DNA from: Candidatus Sulfomarinibacteraceae bacterium
Lineage (GTDB): Bacteria; Acidobacteriota; Thermoanaerobaculia; Thermoanaerobaculales; Sulfomarinibacteraceae
Assembly: GCA_963796455.1 (NCBI GenBank)
Contig: CAWCLO010000006.1
Span: 96,001 to 160,000, forward strand
DNA length: 64,000 nucleotides
Reading direction: 5' to 3'
Below, in pieces: positions 50,170 through 62,800 of the stretch (position 1 is its first letter; each line of letters starts with the position of its first letter). The position numbers and the translations under genes were made by a program. Under the pieces are notes generated by a model that was not told where the DNA came from, searched no databases, and saw only the letters and a program-made list of their open reading frames with translations.

Positions 50170-51172
50170 GGTCTTCACCCCTGCGACGAGCGCTCGGGGA
50201 CATACCGGTCCAACGTTTGAATGATCTGGAAAAGCTCGAGACTTCAGAAAAGCCGAGCATGTAGGTGATGTCGCTCAACGTCAGATCGTCATCGTCAATA
50301 AGACGCTGCGCCAGTTCGCGCCTTGTTTCTTCGAGAACCGCCTTGTATGTCGTCCCCTCCTCGCGCAACTTGCGCTGCAGGGAACGAGAGCTCATGTTCA
50401 ACTCGGCCGCGATGACCCCGGCCGGAACCACCCCCGATGGCATGCCGTCGATCAAGCGAGCCTTGACGCGCATGACCGTCGGAGATCCGCTGAGTTGGGC
50501 CAGATAGTCTCGAATGACCTTTTCATTGGCGTATGCCAGTTCGGCGTTCGCCGACGACAGCGGGTGGCGCGCGTCCGCGAGATCAATTGTGACTGCAATC
50601 CTCTCGGCGCCGTAATAAATCGGCGACCGGAAAAACTCCTGCCGCCGCTGCCGGCAACCGCAACCATCGTGGGTGAGGGACACCGATTGCGGTCTGAATT
50701 CCGGCCCAAAGGTCATCCTCGCCATCTGGACGATGTTCGCGGTCACCGCATCCATCACCACCGGATTGGGATCGATACCTGATCCGTGCTGCGCGGCGAT
50801 GACCATGGTCAAGGCTCCATCCTGATCGTCGATCCTGAAATCCGCCGCGGTGGATATGACCGCCGAGTAGCGAACCAGCCGGCGCAGGGCCTCTTCGATG
50901 GTTGCGCTCGCCAGCCAGGCAAATCCGAGGCCGTGCCAGGTTGTGGGGTGCCATTGTGCGGCAGCCGTCAACCCGAAACAGGGATCGCCGGCCCGCGCCT
51001 CGGCATATTCCCACAATCGAGCCATCGCTCGGGCCGGATAACGTTCATTCGGATCGTCGAGCAACTCGGGATCGAGCCCGGCATCTCGAAACACCTCATC
51101 CGGATCAATACCATAGGTTCTCAGCGCATCCCAGATCATCCGGGCCCACGAGGTGATCGTCGTAAACGGCAT
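50153..51172 (-). CDS. AraC family regulator (OruR/ArgR-like)
   Basis: C-terminal MS.RSLQRKL..EG..Y, LGFSE.SSFSR.FKRWTG.SP. Confidence 0.9.
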   Translation of the reverse strand: MPFTTITSWARMIWDALRTYGIDPDEVFRDAGLDPELLDDPNERYPARAMARLWEYAEARAGDPCFGLTAAAQWHPTTWHGLGFAWLASATIEEALRRLVRYSAVISTAADFRIDDQDGALTMVIAAQHGSGIDPNPVVMDAVTANIVQMARMTFGPEFRPQSVSLTHDGCGCRQRRQEFFRSPIYYGAERIAVTIDLADARHPLSSANAELAYANEKVIRDYLAQLSGSPTVMRVKARLIDGMPSGVVPAGVIAAELNMSSRSLQRKLREEGTTYKAVLEETRRELAQRLIDDDDLTLSDITYMLGFSEVSSFSRSFKRWTGMSPSARRRGEDLTQSF

Positions 51173-51437
51173 CGACAAATCCTACACGAGCACGAGTTTT
51201 GATGGACCCATTCAAAAAGTAGAATATCCAACTCAATACAGACGGAAGCTTCAAACACTTGAGATCAATAGATTTGGCGCGAAATGTCAAAAAAACGGCG
51301 CATCCAGACATGCACGGAAGACCGATTCGGGGCATATTGAATACGAGGATCAACGATGCGCCGTCTGGTCCGACTTCATCATCATTTATTCCTCTCATCG
51401 CCAGCGGCCGTCCGTTGGCATTTTTTTGGAGACCGCT

Positions 51438-51731
51438 ATGGAATGGACGCCCGAAGACATCATCGAAGCGATTCTCAACCGCGGTCCATTCTCCAAAGAT
51501 CTTGTCGAGAGCTGGCCCAAAGCCCTTCGGAAGGACTATTTCGAACTCATGGCCCTCGATCTCGAAGATCTCGGGGCGGAGGAGTTCGAACGTCAATCAC
51601 GCTTCATCGGAGAGACCTATCTCTTGAGCCACAACAAACCGATTCGCAGCTCGAGCGTGCTCCTCAATGCGTGGTTGAAGTTGACCGACGGCGAGCCTCC
51701 GCCGGAGATGCTGGCATTTCAGGTCGAGTAG
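51438..51731 (+). CDS. Hypothetical protein
   Basis: GGAG RBS, 97 aa. Confidence 0.6.
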   Translation: MEWTPEDIIEAILNRGPFSKDLVESWPKALRKDYFELMALDLEDLGAEEFERQSRFIGETYLLSHNKPIRSSSVLLNAWLKLTDGEPPPEMLAFQVE

Positions 51732-51743
51732 GCGCCGCCGCTT

Positions 51744-52028
51744 TCAATCCTCGGAGACGCAACAAGACGCTTCGGTCCGGCCGAGCGCCGAATTGATGAC
51801 CGCGGCCGCACACCCGACACCGGCCGAGACGGAAATCGCATCGGACTCGCAGTTGAGGGCACAGGCTCCGCACTCCATGCACGCGTCGCGATCGCTGACC
51901 CTGGCGCCGACATCGTTCATCACAAATACCGCGTGCGGACAAACGAGCACACACACCCCACAACCGATACAACGCCCCTCATCGAGTTCAAGCGTCGTGA
52001 CACCGCGCAGGTAGGTCAAACCGGTCAT
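51744..52028 (-). CDS. hgcB: Mercury methylation ferredoxin
   Basis: Two CxxCxxCxxxC motifs, CMECGACALNC, GVGCA, C-terminal CC; TGATG-coupled to hgcA. Confidence 0.95.
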   Translation of the reverse strand: MTGLTYLRGVTTLELDEGRCIGCGVCVLVCPHAVFVMNDVGARVSDRDACMECGACALNCESDAISVSAGVGCAAAVINSALGRTEASCCVSED

Positions 52029-53164
52029 CAAAGACCCAGCCATTTCGACAGGATCACCAGGCCGACGCCGGCTGCCAGAGCGACGACCTCAATCGGTAAC
52101 GCCAGGCGCATCTCCCGCTTGACGCCCGACGGCGACGTAAAGGTCGAGGCTCCGGTGAAATTCATGGCGACAAAGGCCGCCACGGCGGTTCCGACCATCA
52201 ACCAACCGCTCGCCTCGAAAATCCAGTTGTCGCCCGCCGGTTCGGGCCAACGCGACCAGAGGACAGCTGCCACCAGCGGCAGGCCGACCAGCGCCCCTTT
52301 GAGCGCGAATGGCCGAGGGGGTATCCATGGTAAAAGGGCCGGCACCACCACCGCGCCCGCAACAACTGCGGCGAGCACCACCAGCACCCCGGTGATACCC
52401 TGCTCGAGCGCTCCGGCGACAAATCCTCCCTTGCCGGCGAGCCCACCGAACAACAAAAGAAACGCGATCACGGGGATCGCAATCTTGAGGGCCGCCACCA
52501 ACTCGACCGGGATGACCGCCAAGCGGTCACGAAACCCGAACCGACGACGCCTCATGGACGGCGTCGCCTCCATGCCATTAGCCAGGAAGTCCGGCACGTC
52601 CTCGGCCAGGACGGGCCCCCAGACGACCTCGAATCCGCTTCGTGCGACCACTTCGTGCGCGGCGATGCCGGGCGCACCCAACTGCGGCACGATCAACCGG
52701 CGGTGAACCACCACCCGGCCGAGATCAGCACTCGCAACCCGGCGCACCAGCTCATCCGTGCCGAAGGTTCCCTTGCCCGCCGCGCACCATACATTGACGC
52801 CGGCGGTATCGAGGACGAGGATCCAGACATCGAGTCCTACCGCAGCACTCCTGAGGTGATCGAAGCTGAGTTTGTAATTGGCGGTCACCAGTATTGGAGA
52901 CATGGGATCGGGAGCGCCCAAGGCGTAGAGACCGGGAGGAACTGTGTAGTCCATCCGGCCGACTCCCCAGCGGACTTTGGTCTTTCCCCACCGGTCAGCC
53001 GGACCGAGTTCGCCGCTGACGCGCGGCACAGCACCGGACGCGGTGCCCGTCCACCCCACCACGAAATCCTGGTGGAACGGGTTGTCGGCCTCACGGGCCG
53101 ACGCTCCCGTTCCTCAAGACGGCGGCGGGGCAGGGTTGGCGGTCGACAGATCGGCATCACTCAC
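52028..53164 (-). CDS. hgcA: Mercury methylation corrinoid protein, probable selenoprotein (UGA at 53116-53114)
   Basis: PGLYALG, TANYKLSFD, cap helix GVNVWCAAGKGTFGT, PQLGAPG, C-terminal TM helices, NFTGASTFTSPSGV..EM; frame continues upstream through TGA to GTG 53164. Confidence 0.95.
53074..53113 (-). promoter_or_regulatory. Putative bacterial SECIS element
   Basis: Directly after UGA: GGAACGGG-AGC-GUCGGCC-CGUGA-GGCCGAC-AA-CCCGUUCC. Confidence 0.8.
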
Positions 53165-53293
53165 GCAGTCGATTGTACCTGCGCTTATTCCGCGTTCGCG
53201 CACGTCGGAACTCAGGGAGGCCGGAAGTGAACCGGATGCTGCAGGACCGATCTCAACCGAGCGCGAGCACGAAAAAATCCGTACACTGCTCGC

Positions 53294-53920
53294 ATGATCG
53301 AGATCCTCATCGCAGGAGCCGCATTTGGTCTCAGCGCCGGTCTCTCGCCCGGTCCGATGCTGGCGCTGGTGGTGTCGGAGGCCGCGGCCAAGGGCCGCGC
53401 CGCGGGCCTCGCCATCGCCGCCGCTCCCCTCCTCAGCGACGGTCCGATCATCGCCGCCTCGATTTATCTGCTGGGCCGAGTCGAGGATTCTCAGGCGGCG
53501 CTCGGCATCCTCTCCCTGGTCGGAGGGGGATTGCTTGCGTCCTACGGAATCTCGGGGCTTCGCATCAAGCCTTACAAAATCGATGAAGAGCCTCGTCGTC
53601 TGCAGATCTGGCAGTCACTCGGGAAGGGCGTGGCAGCCAACTTCCTCAATCCGAATCCATACCTCTTCTGGCTGACAATCGGCACCCCGTTACTGCTCCG
53701 CGCAGATGCTGCGAGTCGCCTTGTCGCGGCCCTGTTCCTGGTGCTTTTTTATATTGGACTGGTGGGGTCAAAAGCTGTACTGGCTGTCCTGGTGGCCCGT
53801 TCGAGATCGGTCATCACGGGCCCCGGCTATCTCTGGGTCAACCGGATTCTCGCCCTCGTCCTGCTGGTCTACGCGGCGCTTTTCATCCGCGACGGACTCA
53901 GTCGCCTCATGGGTGTATGA
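53294..53920 (+). CDS. LysE family translocator
   Basis: GLSPGP, D.PII, NFLNP..YLFW. Confidence 0.88.
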   Translation: MIEILIAGAAFGLSAGLSPGPMLALVVSEAAAKGRAAGLAIAAAPLLSDGPIIAASIYLLGRVEDSQAALGILSLVGGGLLASYGISGLRIKPYKIDEEPRRLQIWQSLGKGVAANFLNPNPYLFWLTIGTPLLLRADAASRLVAALFLVLFYIGLVGSKAVLAVLVARSRSVITGPGYLWVNRILALVLLVYAALFIRDGLSRLMGV

Positions 53921-53955
53921 CATTGAGATACCCTTGAGTAGGAACAAAGGGGATC

Positions 53956-54156
53956 ATGATGAGCGATGAAAACACCTATGAGCTGATCTCGGCGCCCTAT
54001 CCGGCCGAGCTTTCCGATGCGGTCAGCGTCCGGATCGAAGAGGGCTGGAAGGTTCTGGGCGGACCCTTCACAGACGGCGACAACTTTTATCAGGCTGTCG
54101 TACGAGCGCCTGACAAACGCCTTCGACGTGGAAGTTCCGACACCGAAAGCGCCTAG
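53956..54156 (+). CDS. DUF1737-like small protein
   Basis: Y.LI......L...V...I.EGW...GGP......YQAVV. Confidence 0.75.
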   Translation: MMSDENTYELISAPYPAELSDAVSVRIEEGWKVLGGPFTDGDNFYQAVVRAPDKRLRRGSSDTESA

Positions 54157-54186
54157 CCGGCATTTGTCACCGGTGGCTGCTGTGGG

Positions 54187-56543
54187 CTAAAACTCAAAGC
54201 TCACACCAAATGACGGAATGATCGGCAACCAGTACTCCTCTGGAAAACTCACGACAATATTTTCGAGACTGTCGCCGCGAAAATCCGGATCGGCGATGGC
54301 GATACCGCGGAGATTCTCCCGATTTGTCAGGTTCTGAACATCGATAAAGAAGGTCAGCAGACCCTTTCGACCCAACTTTGACGTCCGGCTGGCCCGGAAA
54401 TCGATGCGGAAATAGTCCTCGAGCGTTTCCTGGTAGAAGGGACCGACATCGTAGGACAGGCTCAGACCACCGTCCGGATCCTGGACCAGATGGGCCTCCA
54501 CCGCGGTCGCCGGCCACCCGGTGTGATAGTTGACCACGCCGGTCAGGCTCCACTTGGGGCCCGGGCGCCAGCTCAGCCCGCCGATCACCGAGTGGGGCTG
54601 ATTCACATAGCGCGGAGTGTCGATGCCGTTCAGTTTGTCCTCGATGGAAGAGAATGCATAGCTGAACCACCAATCCAAGGACCCGCCCTTCCGGCTTGCC
54701 AGATAGACTTCGACTCCGTGAGCACTGACTGACTCGGGCACGATCAGAGCCAGATCGGTCGCGAACTCGGGAACCGGGCTGAAGGGATCGAAGATCGTCT
54801 CCCAGCGCCGGTGGGGCTCACTCACTTCTCTCACATAGGCATCGATCCTGAGTACGATCTCGGATCCGAGATCGGTCTCGAATCCAGCCGTCAGATGCTC
54901 AGCCGTTTGCGCATTCTGAAATTCGGTCTCCCCGAACTGCACCTGGAGTTCGTACGGCCGCTGGGATTGAGAATATCGACCCCACCCGAGACGCAGCATG
55001 GAAGACGAACCGAGGTTGTAGAGCAGGTTGAGACGGGGGCTGATCTGGTCGTCGTCCGTCAGGGTCTGTCTGTCGTAACGAAGCCCCGCTTCAACCGTGA
55101 ATCGATTGCCAAAGCGCAGGCGATCGGAGACGTAGACCCCATATTGCTCGCCATCGTAGGTGTCGTGAAAACTGTCGACACGAACTCCGGGGTAGAAACG
55201 GGGGTCGTCGATCGGATCCTGGATCTGGGCGTTCAGTTCATAGTCGTAGCTGACCTCATAGTGGCGGAGGTCAAAGCCCCAGCGGAGGTAGTTGCGTTCG
55301 CCGATCTCGTGCTGCCAACCCTGCCGAAGACCGTAGAAGCGATCATCTCGAACATCGACCATGTCGAAAAACTCGTCGGGCTCGTCGATGGCCAGAAAAT
55401 CGCGACCGATGGTGATATTGCCGAAATAGAGCGCCGTGTTCACAAAGGACTTTGACGCCGATAACCCCCTGGTGGCCCAGCCACAGGTATTTGCTGGTGT
55501 AGCCGGAATTCACATCCACGTACTCGTCTTCGTCGTCCTCCTCGAACAAGAGGTCGTCGTCCGCATAGAGGACCGCCAAGGAGAACGCATTTTTATTGTT
55601 CGGCGCATAGGCAAGCTTGCCGAAGGCATCCCAATAGCGCGGGTCCGGCGGGTCGCCATCTTCATCGTTGCCGCCGGTCGCTTTCAAGATGAAATCGAGG
55701 TAGCCCCGCCGCGCGGAGGCCAGCCAACTGCCCTTGCCACCCGCAAAGATGCCCCCGGTATTGACCCACGCGGTTGTCAGACTGATCCCGACTCCGGTTC
55801 GGGTCTTCTTCGGCTCGACGGTATCCATGTCGAGAACGGCCGTCATCCGGTCGCCGTATTCTGCGGTGAATCCGCCGGGTGTGAGCTCCATGCCGCCGAT
55901 CATCTCCGGATCCAAAATGCTGAACACACCCTGGAAATCCTTGAGGTGAAAGGGCTCCATTACTTCCTGACCATCGAGGGTCACGAGCATCTCGTCGTAG
56001 AGCCCGCCGCGAACGACGAACCGGGCTGAGAAATCGGAACCCGATGTTCCCGGCAGGACTTGGACCGCACGGAAGAGATCGTCCCCGAAGTGGGGCAGCT
56101 CCCGGATCTGCTGACGATCGAGGGCCACCGCGGCTGCCGGCGCCTCGCGAAGGAGCGAAGCGCTGGCGGTCACAACGATTTCCTTGAGTGGGATCAGCAT
56201 AGCCTGGAGTCGAAAATTGACCTCGGTGGTCTCCCCGCTCGAGACGACGACGTTTTCCAGGCCTTCGCCGATAAAACCAGTGGCCGTTGTTTCGAGCCGG
56301 TGGGAGCCGACCGGAACATCGGTAGAATCGAAATCCACCATTCGCGTCGGTGATCGCGGATTCACCTGTAGTGGTATCGGTCACCAGCGCGGACACCACC
56401 GGCCGCCCTGCCTCATCCACGACGCGGCCCTGAATTGCGCCAACGGCCGAATCGGCCTCCTGGCCCGCCGACACCGTTCCGATTGACAACATCACCAAAG
56501 CCACGGCGGCCAAGGTGCTGCGAACTGTCCGACGATCGTTCAT
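54187..56543 (-). CDS. TonB-dependent receptor with N-terminal carboxypeptidase-regulatory-like domain (two apparent frameshifts, ~56324 and ~55457)
   Basis: Signal peptide, IQGRVVD..G.P, TDANG.F; EIVVTA, LPG, VRGG, GGF.AEYG; SPRL, AEH...G, NLTN..N, terminal F; spread over three consecutive frames. Confidence 0.88.
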
Positions 56544-56893
56544 CGTTCCCCCACCCCATCAAATTCCGCAATGCCGTTGTTCCGGCTACGCGGTCCTACT
56601 TCAATATGTTTCGCGGAAAACAGCCTCGCTTGATGCAATTGCGATGATGGCATGAGGGTTTGTTGAGGTTTGAGCCCGCAGAACCGTTGTTGGTTTTGAG
56701 CCTCTCCGGCCCGGGCCGCCGAAGACACCCATCGACAGTTGAGGGAATGAGCCGATATGCACGTCTTTTTTGATCGCATCATTTCGAGACAAGTGATTAT
56801 TTTCGGGACACTCAAGCGATATTGCGCCAAAAAATCAGAGCGGTTTTTGGCACCTATTTTGCAGTCAGAATGAATTCGAATGGGGGAGAAATA

Positions 56894-59800
56894 ATGAACC
56901 GTCTGCTACATTGCTCGCCTTGGCTGCATTTCTATCTGTGTCCTGACCGTGCTGACCTTTGGCCTCGGGATGGCTGAAGCGGCCACCTACCCCTTCGCTG
57001 ACGATTTCGAAAGCGGTCTCGGCAACTGGACAGCGGAGGCGCCGTGGGGCGCAACCACGGCGTATTACTCGTCTCCGGTCTCCTCGGCCACCGACAGCCC
57101 CTCCACCTACTACGGGGCGTCGGTGGACGCCTCTCTGGTATTGGCCTCATCAATCGATCTCACATCGGCGACCCGGCCGGTCCTTCGTTTCTACCACCGG
57201 CACCAACTCGAGGACGGCTACGACTTCGGCCATGTGGAGATTTCGACCGACGGTGGCTCGACCTGGACCGCACCGGTGGCGAGTTACACGGGGGCCTCTG
57301 CGACGTGGATCCGCGAGCAGATCGACCTCAGTTCGTACACTGCCTCCAACGACGTTCGCATCCGTTTCCGCCTGGTTTCGGACAACACGGTGTCTCAGGA
57401 CGGCTGGTACGTCGACGACGTTGTCATCGCCGAAGGACCGGATTCAGTCACCCTCGATACGCCGGTGACGATCACCCCGAACTCGGTCGACCTCACCTGG
57501 GACGAGTCCCTGGAGGCCGATTTTTCGGTCTACCGGATCTACCGCGCATCCACCGCCACTTTCGACTGGCGCGATGCCGCACTTGTGGCGGAAATCGACG
57601 ACCCGGCAGTTCTCGAACACACCGACATCACGGTCACCCCGAAGACCACCTTCTACTACCAGATCATGGTGCTGACCTCCAGCGACCTGCACAACTCGAG
57701 CAACGAGGTCGAGGCCACGACGCCGGCGGGCATGGACTACCCATTCCTCGATGACGGCGAGGGAACCGGTTCGGCGTGGTCGGCAGACCCGCCGTGGGCT
57801 CTGAACACCGAGGAGGCCTCCTCCGGGACCCATAGCTGGTCCGACTCGCCGGGCGGCGATTATGGCGACAGTATCCCGTCACAGAGCCTGACCCTGGTCA
57901 GCCCCATCGACCTGACCTCGGCGGCCACACCTGTGCTCAGCTTCGTCCACAATTGGACCTTTGCCGCGGGCGACTCGGGCAACGCCGAGATCTCCACCGA
58001 CGACGGCAGCTCCTGGACCCCCCTCGCCATTTTCACCAACGGCACTTCGGACGGATGGGTCCGCGGACGATTCGATCTCTCCTCCTATACAACGTCGAAC
58101 GACGTCCTCGTCCGCTTCCGCACCACAACCGATCCGTCGACCGGAGCCGACGGCTGGTACGTGGACGACATCTCGGTGGCAGAGAGCCCGACGGTGGTGG
58201 ACCCGCCGATCCTCGACGAAATCACATCGCACTCCATGCGCCTCACCTGGGCGCGGTGCAACGACCTGCTCTTTTCGCACTACGCCATCCACCGCAGCGC
58301 GGCCTCCGATGTTGGAATCAACTCCACGATGATCGCCGAGATCTCGGACCAGGACACCACGACATTCACCGACACCGGTCTCGCCGTCGACACCGACTAT
58401 TACTACCGGGTCTATGCTGTGAGCCCCTACGGCACCTATTCGCCCGGCAGCACCTCGGCAAGCACTGACCGGACCGGCGGCAACGCCTATCCCTTTGTCG
58501 AAGACTTCGAGGGCTCGCTCGAGAGCTGGAATTTCACCGGAGATTGGGACGCCACCGACACCGACCAGCACGGCGGCAGCAGTTCTCTGACCGATTCACC
58601 GGATACCACATCCACACCCTCCACCACGTGGGAAGCCAGGACAACCATCGACCTGACGGGCTCAGTCTGGCCGGTCTTGCGCTTCTGGGATCGTTTTGCT
58701 CTCGCCGACGACTGGGGCTATCTCGAGGTCTCAACCAACGGCACCTCCTGGTCCAGGGTCTACAGCGTCACCGGAGCCCGCGCCGCGTGGTCCGAGCAGT
58801 CGATCGACCTGTCGCCGTGGAAGACCTCCGACAACCTCAGAATTCGATTCACCGTGGGCACCGGCGGCTCCAATGTCGACGACGGCTGGTACATCGACGA
58901 CCTCTCGGTGGCCGAGCACACGGGCAGTATCAGTCTGCCTTTCTTCGACGCCATGGAGGCCGGCACCGGCAACTGGCTTGTTGCAGCCTGGGCACCGTCC
59001 ACCGACAACCCCCACGACGGAACGTGGTCGGCACAGTCCACCCCGCAAGGCGCGACTCTTGACCGCATGGAACACGTCATGGAGCTTGCCGGTGAACTCG
59101 ACCTGTCAGCGGCCATCGACCCACAGCTCACCTACTGGGTACGCGGCGGCGTGAGCGACAACGGCAGCATCCGCGTCCGGATCTCCGTCAACGGCGGCGT
59201 CACATGGACCGACGTCCCGGGCACACCGCTCGGCGAGTACTGGAGCGGTGATTGGACCCGCATCCAGGCATCTCTGGCAGCCTACCTCCAGAGCGGCGTC
59301 AGAATCCGTTTCGTTGTCACCCAGGGCTCCTACGGCGGCGCCACCAATGTCTTCATCGATGACGTCTCCATCGAGGAAATGCCCGAAACCGTGTACCTCG
59401 GAATCCCGACTCCGCACCTCAAGTCGGTGGACCTGTCCTGGGACGAGAGCACCCTCGGCGACTTCGACCGCTACGAGGTCTATCGGTCCACGGCCGCCAA
59501 CGTCACCACCGGCAGCACCCTCGTGGCCACCTTCGACACCGAAAGCGAAACCACGTTCACCGACACCGGTCTGTCCATCGGCGCCTCTTACTACTACCGC
59601 GTCTTCGTCTTCAATTCGCGCAATGTGGCCACCCCTTCCAACGAACGCTCCACCACGACCGTGCCCCTCACCTTCCCCTTCACCGACCCCATGGAAAACC
59701 TCGATAACTGGGATGCCACCGGTACATGGGGGCCCGACGGCGCCGACCCGTACGAGGGATCGTTCTCACTCAACGACTCCCCCGGAGACAACTCCGCTTA

Positions 59801-62800
59801 CAGTGTCACCACCTACCTCCTCACCGCCATCGATCTCTCGGGCTCCACCTGGCCTGTCCTTCGCTTCCAGGACCGCCTTGGCCTCGCCAACGACTGGGGC
59901 TATCTCGAGGTCTCAACCAACGGCACCTCCTGGTCCAGGGTCTACAGCGTCACCGGGGCCCGCGCCGCGTGGTCCGAACAATCAATCGACCTGTCGCCCT
60001 GGAAGACATCCAACAACCTCAGAATTCGATTCGCCGTGGGCACCGGCGGCTCCATCGCCGGCGACGGCTGGTACATCGACGATCTCTCGGTGGCCGAGCA
60101 CACCGGCGGTTTCAGCCTGCCATTCTTCGACGATCTCGAGGCCGGCACCGGCAACTGGCTTGCTGCAGCCTGGGCACCGTCCACCGACAACCCCCACGAC
60201 GGAACGTGGTCGGCACAGTCCACACCGCAAGGCGCGACTCTTGACCGCATGGAACACGTCATGGAGCTTGCCGGTGAACTCGACCTGTCAGCGGCTATCG
60301 ACCCACAGCTCACCTACTGGGTACGCGGCGGCGTGAGCGACAACGGCAGCATCCGCGTCCGGATCTCCGTCAACGGCGGCGTCACATGGACCGACGTCCC
60401 GGGCACACCGCTCGGCGAGTACTGGAGCGGTGATTGGACCCGCATCCAGGCATCTCTGGCAGCCTACCTCCAGAGCGGCGTCAGAATCCGTTTCGTTGTC
60501 ACCCAGGGCTCCTACGGCGGCGCCACCAATGTCTTCATCGATGACGTCTCCATCGAGGAAATGCCCGAAACCGTGTACCTCGGAATCCCGACTCCGCACC
60601 TCAAGTCGGTGGACCTGTCCTGGGACGAGAGCACCCTCGGCGACTTCGACCGCTACGAGGTCTATCGGTCCACGGCCGCCAACGTCACCACCGGCAGCAC
60701 CCTCGTGGCCACCTTCGACACCGAAAGCGAAACCACGTTCACCGACACCGGTCTGTCCATCGGCGCCTCTTACTACTACCGCGTCTTCGTCTTCAATTCG
60801 CGCAATGTGGCCACCCCTTCCAACGAACGCTCCACCACGACCGTGCCCCTCACCTTCCCCTTCACCGACCCCATGGAAAACCTCGATAACTGGGATGCCA
60901 CCGGTACATGGGGGCCCGACGGCGCCGACCCGTACGAGGGATCGTTCTCACTCAACGACTCCCCCGGAGACAACTCCGCTTACAGTGTCACCACCTACCT
61001 CCTCACCGCCATCGATCTCTCGGGCTCCACCTGGCCTGTCCTTCGCTTCCAGGACCGCCTTGGCCTCGCCAACGACTGGGGCTATCTCGAGGTCTCAACC
61101 AACGGTACCTCCTGGTCCAGGGTCTACAGCGTCACCGGGGCCCGCGCCGCGTGGTCCGAACAATCAATCGACCTGTCGCCCTGGAAGACATCCAACAACC
61201 TCAGAATTCGATTCGCCGTGGGCACCGGCGGCTCCATCGCCGGCGACGGCTGGTACATCGACGATCTCTCGGTGGCCGAGCACACCGGCGGTTTCAGCCT
61301 GCCATTCTTCGACGATCTCGAGGCCGGCACCGGCAACTGGCTTGCTGCAGCCTGGGCACCGTCCACCGACAACCCCCACGACGGAACGTGGTCGGCACAG
61401 TCCACACCGCAAGGCGCGACTCTTGACCGCATGGAACACGTCATGGAGCTTGCCGGTGAACTCGACCTGTCAGCGGCTATCGACCCACAGCTCACCTACT
61501 GGGTACGCGGCGGCGTGAGCGACAACGGCAGCATCCGCGTCCGGATCTCCGTCAACGGCGGCGTCACATGGACCGACGTCCCGGGCACACCGCTCGGCGA
61601 GTACTGGAGCGGTGATTGGACCCGCATCCAGGCATCTCTGGCAGCCTACCTCCAGAGCGGCGTCAGAATCCGTTTCGTTGTCACCCAGGGCTCCTACGGC
61701 GGCGCCACCAATGTCTTCATCGATGACGTCTCCATCGAGGAAATGCCCGAAGTCGTGACCCTGGCCACCCCCGATCAGATCACTATCTCTTCCATGCGGC
61801 TACAATGGAACGACCTCAATGACCCCGACTTCAAGGCGTACGCGATCTACCGTTCGCCGACCTCAACCGTCGACACGAATTCCGAGCTCATTACCACTAT
61901 TACCGAGCAGGCAACGACCGAGTTCGTCGACACCGGCCTCCAGGCCCGCACCTCCTATTACTATCGGGTCTACTTCGTCGACACAGCCGACGTCCACGCT
62001 CCCTCCAACAGCACTTCCGCCATGACCTTCGGTGTGACCGTGCCGTTTCACGACGATTTCGAATCCGACAGTGGGGTCTGGACCTTCACCGGCGAGTGGG
62101 GCCGCGTCACCGATGCCGGTGTCGGAAACTCCATGAGCCTCGGCGACTCGCCCGGTGATTTCACATCCAACGTGGACACCTGGGCCGTCACCGGAGTCGA
62201 TCTTTCGGGCACAACGTGGCCCGTGGTGGCATTCGACGAACGTTTTGATTTTGCGGGTCACTGGGGCCGCTTCGAGGTCTCATCGAACGGCGGTGCCAAC
62301 TGGACCGTTCTCCACGGCGCCACGACAAGCCATACCGGGTGGGTCCAACGACGGTTCGACCTCTCGCCGTGGCGCGGCCAGGCGCAGGTGTGGATCCGCT
62401 ACTTCGTCGACGCCAACAGCGGCGTGCCAGCCGACGGCTGGCATATCGACAACCTCTATATCGGTGAGAACCTCATCGAAGGGTCATCGAGCTATCCCTT
62501 CTTCGACGGATTCGAAGACGGCGACGGGAACTGGCTCCAAGGCGGGTGGACGCTGATAGACGACAACCCGTACGAAGGCTCGACGAGCATCCTCGACACG
62601 CCTGCGAGCCGCCTCGGCAATTCCGAGCTGTGGCTGACCTACGGCAGCGAGCTCGACCTGTCATCGGCCACCGATCCCCTGCTGACCTTCCAGGTGCGGG
62701 GCAACCTCCCCTATCGAACCAACTTCCGGGTTGAGGTCTCCACCGACGGCGGCAAAGCATGGCAAGACCTCCCGTCACTGCAAATCAACTACTACTGGGG

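Noticed and set aside
58709..61751. Possible diversity-generating retroelement TR/VR pair
   Set aside because: Differences are largely third-position and not adenine-specific, both copies are in-frame coding, and no reverse transcriptase is in the window.
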